NCBI GenBank assembly: GCA_032718475.1
Contig: JAUCBJ010005997.1
Span: 1-37,372, forward strand
DNA: 37,372 bases
Source of the DNA: Nemertoderma westbladi
Taxonomy: Eukaryota > Animalia > Xenacoelomorpha
Direction of reading: 5' to 3'
This document shows positions 32,355 to 37,372 of the stretch, piece after piece. A program made the translations under genes and the position numbers. Position 1 is the first letter of the stretch. The number at the start of each line of letters is the position of its first letter. The notes under the pieces were generated by a model. That model had not been told where the DNA came from and made no database searches. It saw only the letters and a program-made list of their open reading frames with translations.

Positions 32355-34409
32355 TTAAGATTTATGAACAGAATCATTGTGTCTCTTAAGTTCATGTCCA
32401 TTAGAAATTTGTTTATGGCAGATAGAACAATCATATTTAGAGTTTCCCATTCCTTTATGAAAGTTGTTAACATGAGTGTTTAGAATGGATTGCTGGCTGA
32501 ATTCTTTGTTACAATAACCGCACTTATGTTTGATTAGTTTATGGATAGAGTCGACATGTTTATTTAGATTACTTTTGGTACCAAATGATTTTCCACAATC
32601 AAAACAGCTGTACTTGATGTCTTTATGGGCGTAGTTGACATGGACGTTTAGATTGCCCTGCTGGCTGAATTCTTTGTTACAATTACCGCACTTATGTTTG
32701 ATATCTTTATGTGCGTAGTTGACATGCCTGTTAAGACTGACCTGCTGTCTGAATTCTTTGTTACAATAACCGCACTTATGTTTGATTAGTTTATGGATAG
32801 AGTCGACATGTTTTTTTAGATCACGTTTGGTACCAAATGATTTTCCACAATCAAAACAGTTATATTTGATATCTTTATGGGCGTAGTTGACATGAGTGTT
32901 TAGACTGCCTTGCTGGGTGAATTCTTTGTTACAATAACCGCACTTATGTTTGATTAGTTTATGGATAGAGTCGACATGTTTATTTAGATGACTTTTGGTA
33001 CCAAATGATTTTCCACAATCAAAACAGTTATATTTGATATCTTTATGGGCGTAGTTGACATGGGCGTTTAGATAGTCTTGCCGGCTGAATTCTTTGTTAC
33101 AATAACCGCACTTATGTTTGATTAGTTTATGGATAGAGTCGACATGTTTTTTTAGATCACGTTTGGTACCAAATGATTTTCCACAATCAAAACAGTTATA
33201 TTTGATATCTTTATGGGCGTAGTTGACATGAGTGTTTAGACTGCCTTGCTGGGTGAATTCTTTGTTACAATAACCGCACTTATGTTTGATTAGTTTATGG
33301 ATAGAGTCGACATGTTTATTTAGATGACTTTTGGTACCAAATGATTTTCCACAATCAAAACAGTTATATTTGATATCTTTATGGGCGTAGTTGACATGGG
33401 CGTTTAGATGGCCCTGCCGGCTGAATTCTTTATTACAATAACCGCACTTATGTTTGATATCTTTATGGGCGTAGTTGACATGGGTGTTTAGAAAGTCTTG
33501 CCGGCTGAATTCTTTGTTACAATAACCGCACTTATGTTTGATTAGTTTATGGATAGAGTCGACATGTTTTTTTAGATCACCTTTGGTACCAAATGATTTT
33601 CCACAATCAAAACAGCTGTACTTGATATCTTTATGGGCGTAGTTGACATGGGCGTTTAGATAGTCTTGCCGGCTGAATTCTTTGTTACAATAACCGCACT
33701 TATGTTTGATTAGTTTATGGATAGAATCGACATGTATCTTTACAGAACTCTTCTTTTTAAACAGTTTCTCACAAAAATCGCATTTATACTTATTCTTTAC
33801 GTCTTTATGAAAGGATTCTATATGTCTCTCTAAATTTTCTCTGCCATTAAATAATTCATTGGAATGAAAACAGGAACTGGTATCTGGAGAAAATTGGAAC
33901 TCCCCAACAGCTTTACTAGAACTACCGGAATCTGTTGTTGCACAACTGATTGTCAGTTTAGTAGCGCTGCAACGATCAACGTTGTCACGAGAGGTACCGG
34001 TACCAGCAGTATTACACTGTTTTCTAACAGTTCGAGTTTCTGCAAATGGATCAATAACTATACAACCTTCAGATTTTACACTAATAAATTGCAAACCACA
34101 AGCTGAATGTTGAATATGAATATTTGCATCTTCAGTTTCAATAGGCGTACTATACGAACAGTTTGGGCTGTCGTTTTCCTGTTTTTCGACAACAAAATAA
34201 TCTCCAGGAATATCTTCGTCATCTTGTACAGGGACATAATCTACTCCACCAAACAAATTGTTTTCATCTTCGATAGAAGATCCGTAAACGCAGTTCTCCT
34301 GTTTAACTTCAAGAGGATAGGGAGCACAGTCTGTTGGTTCTTTCTTTATAATTATCCCGGCACTGGAGGATTTTTTCTTCAATACATTAATTTGTTGATT
34401 CATTATCAA
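32355..34409 (-). CDS. C2H2 zinc-finger protein with 17 intact fingers plus one degenerate finger
   Basis: CX2CX12HX4H repeats with 28-aa (84-bp) period from about 33790 to 32360; acidic N-terminus with IKKE, VKQE and VKSE (psi-KxE) motifs; no SET, KRAB, BTB or ZAD domain recognised. Confidence 0.92.
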   Translation of the reverse strand: MIMNQQINVLKKKSSSAGIIIKKEPTDCAPYPLEVKQENCVYGSSIEDENNLFGGVDYVPVQDDEDIPGDYFVVEKQENDSPNCSYSTPIETEDANIHIQHSACGLQFISVKSEGCIVIDPFAETRTVRKQCNTAGTGTSRDNVDRCSATKLTISCATTDSGSSSKAVGEFQFSPDTSSCFHSNELFNGRENLERHIESFHKDVKNKYKCDFCEKLFKKKSSVKIHVDSIHKLIKHKCGYCNKEFSRQDYLNAHVNYAHKDIKYSCFDCGKSFGTKGDLKKHVDSIHKLIKHKCGYCNKEFSRQDFLNTHVNYAHKDIKHKCGYCNKEFSRQGHLNAHVNYAHKDIKYNCFDCGKSFGTKSHLNKHVDSIHKLIKHKCGYCNKEFTQQGSLNTHVNYAHKDIKYNCFDCGKSFGTKRDLKKHVDSIHKLIKHKCGYCNKEFSRQDYLNAHVNYAHKDIKYNCFDCGKSFGTKSHLNKHVDSIHKLIKHKCGYCNKEFTQQGSLNTHVNYAHKDIKYNCFDCGKSFGTKRDLKKHVDSIHKLIKHKCGYCNKEFRQQVSLNRHVNYAHKDIKHKCGNCNKEFSQQGNLNVHVNYAHKDIKYSCFDCGKSFGTKSNLNKHVDSIHKLIKHKCGYCNKEFSQQSILNTHVNNFHKGMGNSKYDCSICHKQISNGHELKRHNDSVHKS

Positions 34410-34940
34410 ATCTTAATAATTATATAGGCCTATCAATAATTATAATTATACAGGTGATTACTTACCAAGCCTATTCGCTATTATAAATAGATTTCAGCGT
34501 GCAGAAGTAGGCAGTTAGGCATACATTCCGTAACGTGTACAATTGATACAATTAACAATTGTACAAAATGTAGGCCTACTGTACATGTACTGTAGATGCA
34601 ATATCTTTCTCTAACAGTAAATGAGCATGTAACAATTACATCCAGACATCCTAAAGGGAACCAAAACAAAAAACGAGTACCGGTATGATTTTTTTTTGTG
34701 ATATAAGTGTTTACTTTTAGATTTACACTGCTTAAGCGCCTAAACTGTAAAAGTACCGCTAAAATGTAATAAACATTGTATTTGGTAAATTAGGCCTACT
34801 ACATTCCCGTACACTGTATGCCACATGACTTCGGAGCCGACGATCTTCCTATTCCCCAATCAGCCAATCCATGCAGCCATGGGCTGGACGTTCCCTAACC
34901 CGGGATCAGGAACCGATCCCAGCACTGCGAGCATCGAGTC

Positions 34941-36693
34941 TAAGTCCAAAGTCCAACTAGCCCTTGGTACTTGGACACAAGTCCCTAAAAGGTGCCACCC
35001 TGCTCCATAACGCGGGAAATTTAAATGATTGAAAGACATGTAATTTATACTGCAAAGGCCAAAGGCAGAAAGGGTGGCAGATCAGATCTGCCACCTATAT
35101 TTTGGCGGTAAATTCAAATCTGTTTTAACATTGAATATATGAATAGAGTAAGACTAATGTAATACGGCCTAATGTAATAATGGGCCCGCATACCCAGTAG
35201 TGACCGTGTTTGTATATGTGATGGCAGTTCAGTACAAAATGAACATCATGCAATTTTAATGTGCCCAAAAACCGCCTTTATAAGAAACAAGTATAGTATT
35301 GTAGGCTGCATTTGTATGTCCGAATTTATGGTTCAGTTTTCAAATAATATAATAGTAAGTGCAATTACAGAATGTTTAGAAGTATTAGATAACTAGAATT
35401 CATGTAAATTTGTATTAAGTTGGACTGTATCTTTGTCGCAATGGTATATTTACAAGTTATTATTGTAAATTTATTTAATTGATTTAATTTGGAAGATATT
35501 GTCAATAAACATATATATATATATAATTCATTGAATCAGAATAAATTATTTCTTATCGGTTTAACTCACTCATCCGTTGTTGTTGTTGTTTTATCTATTC
35601 TGGGGCTTCGAGCAGCACGTGAACAATTAAGCTGACTGGTTAACTACTCTGGGACTTCGAGCAGCACGTGAACAACTAAGCTAACTGGTTAACAAGTCTG
35701 GGACTTCGAGCAAAATTTAAAATTGAGGAGGGGGGCGGGTCGGGTGATTTGGCTTAACTTCTATCCCAGTAAAGTATAGAACATTATAATCCTAACAATT
35801 AATACACTTATACCAAGTATGTTAATAGTGGATTTCAAGTGGATAGATGATACAAAGACGCAGTGAATTGATATATTTTTGGCGTTTGATTCAAATTACA
35901 GAATTACAATATTTCCATCACAAACTGTACACAGTGTGCTACATAATGTACGTGGGTACGTACTAAAAGGTCAAGGAGCTAGAGCAGTAGACTTCATACA
36001 GTAAACTTCTTACTGTAGTAGTACTTACAGTACTTCTACTGTAATAACAGTTCAGTTTAGTTGTTCACGTGCTGCTCGAAGTCCTAGACTAGTTAACCAG
36101 CCAGTTTAGTTGTTCACGAGCTGCTCGAAGTCCCAGACTGGGAAACCAGCCAGTTTAGTTGTTCACGTGCTGCTCGAAGTCCGAGACTAGGAAACCAGCC
36201 AGTTTAGTTGTTCACGAGCTGCTCGAAGTCCCAGGCTATTTAACCAGTCAGCTTAGTTGTTCACGAGCTGCTCGAAGTCCCAGGCTATTTAACCAGTCAG
36301 CTTAATTGTTCACGTGCTGCTCGAAGTTCCAGACTAGTTAACCAGTCAGGTTAGTTGTTCACGTGCTGCTCGAAGCCCTAGACTAGTTAACCAGTCAGCT
36401 TAGTTGTTTACATGCTGCTCGAAGCCCCAGAATAGATAAAACAACAACAATAACGGATGAGTGAGTTAAACCGATAAGAAATAATTTATTCTGATTCAAT
36501 TAATTACATTTAGTCTTGCTCTCTTCATGTAGGGTATTCAATGTTAAAACTGATTTGAATTTACCGCCAAAATATAGGTGGCAGATCTGATCTGCCACCC
36601 TTTCTAGTACAAATTACATGTCTTTCAAGCATTTGAATTTCCCGCGCTATGGAGCAGGGTGGCACCTTTTAGGGACTTGTGTACTTGGACTTA
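34941..36693. mobile_element. Foldback-type element with long inverted arms containing tandem repeats
   Basis: 34975-35163 plus 35524-35712 is the reverse complement of the outer part of 36053-36682; non-repeated centre 35713-36052; each arm has the palindrome GGTGGCAGATC-N-GATCTGCCACC. Confidence 0.88.
36053..36430. repeat. 49-bp tandem repeat, about 8 copies (about 2.3 inverted copies at 35599-35712)
   Basis: GTT(C/T)AC recurs at 36063, 36112, 36161, 36210, 36259, 36308, 36357 and 36406; unit CAGTTTAGTTGTTCACGTGCTGCTCGAAGTCCTAGACTAGTTAACCAGC. Confidence 0.95.
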
Positions 36694-37372
36694 CACAGTT
36701 AGAGTTCAAGGCGCTAATCTAATCTGTTTTTTATTCGACAGGCGGAATTTGATATGGCGTCGGACTGTCGGAGGTGTTCTTCCGGTGTACAAATAGGAGA
36801 GGAGTGTATGTAGGTCTGGAAATCTTGCTAGCTGGATCGTGCCATTGTCATATAGCACCACAGCCTGGACTTATGCAAACGTTAAATAGCCAGGATCAGA
36901 GGATGTTGGAAAAAATATTCATTATAAATCTCGGTTGGCTATACTGAATTAATTATCCAGGGGGCCAGGCGGCGGCAAACCGGAACAGGTAGTACCATTA
37001 CTGCTGCGCATCCCGGGCTGGGCCTGACCCTGACAGCCTAACAGACACCAGCTGTCACTCGTCCTCGCCTGGCCTGGCTCCTGAACCTCCTGTATATTTG
37101 CCAACGGTAGCGCAGTAGGGCAGACCGGACAATACCTAGCCTCTGAACATCTAAAATCACATCGACAGTGACGGACTGACATATGATTCTCCATCTCCTT
37201 ACCCAGTTACCGGTACTGCTATATAGCCTGATAGGTGAATGGCTGGAAGGTAGAACTTAGAACTATAGACAGATAGAAGGCGATAAAACATCATAGACAG
37301 CTAGAGTGCTGCAGTACCAGTAATATCAAGCAGTCACTGACAGACTGACTGGTCAGCGAAATGGCCTACCAA

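Noticed and set aside
1653-34427. Short antisense or alternate-frame ORFs overlapping the five genes, and other intergenic ORFs under 100 aa
   Set aside because: Shadow ORFs or chance ORFs with no motifs, many with non-ATG starts.
36720-37372. LTR or coding exon (ORF 36949-37194)
   Set aside because: No recognisable domain, partner LTR or primer-binding site in the window; truncated by the window edge.

Overview
AT-rich eukaryotic (most likely invertebrate animal) genomic DNA. It holds five apparently intronless protein-coding genes: two FOXRED2/ERFAD-like flavoprotein paralogues (+), a clan-2 cytochrome P450 (-), a CEP83-like coiled-coil gene (-) and a 17-finger C2H2 zinc-finger gene (-). 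The intergenic DNA is dense in repeats: a 7.75-kb 37-bp satellite (source of the three giant artefactual ORFs), a 44-bp minisatellite, tRNA-derived SINE-like heads, RTE-, CRE- and other LINE remnants, several MITEs/palindromes and a 1.7-kb foldback element. The most striking observation is at 22642-23119: an inverted pair of small elements in which a minimal type I hammerhead ribozyme sits between Pol III A- and B-box motifs, with a T5 terminator in the + copy. Also notable are block-wise homogenisation of the two FOXRED2 paralogues that spares discrete hypervariable segments, and a PRDM9-like minisatellite zinc-finger array that varies mainly at DNA-contact residues. All calls are by eye and from remembered family motifs; no searches were run.
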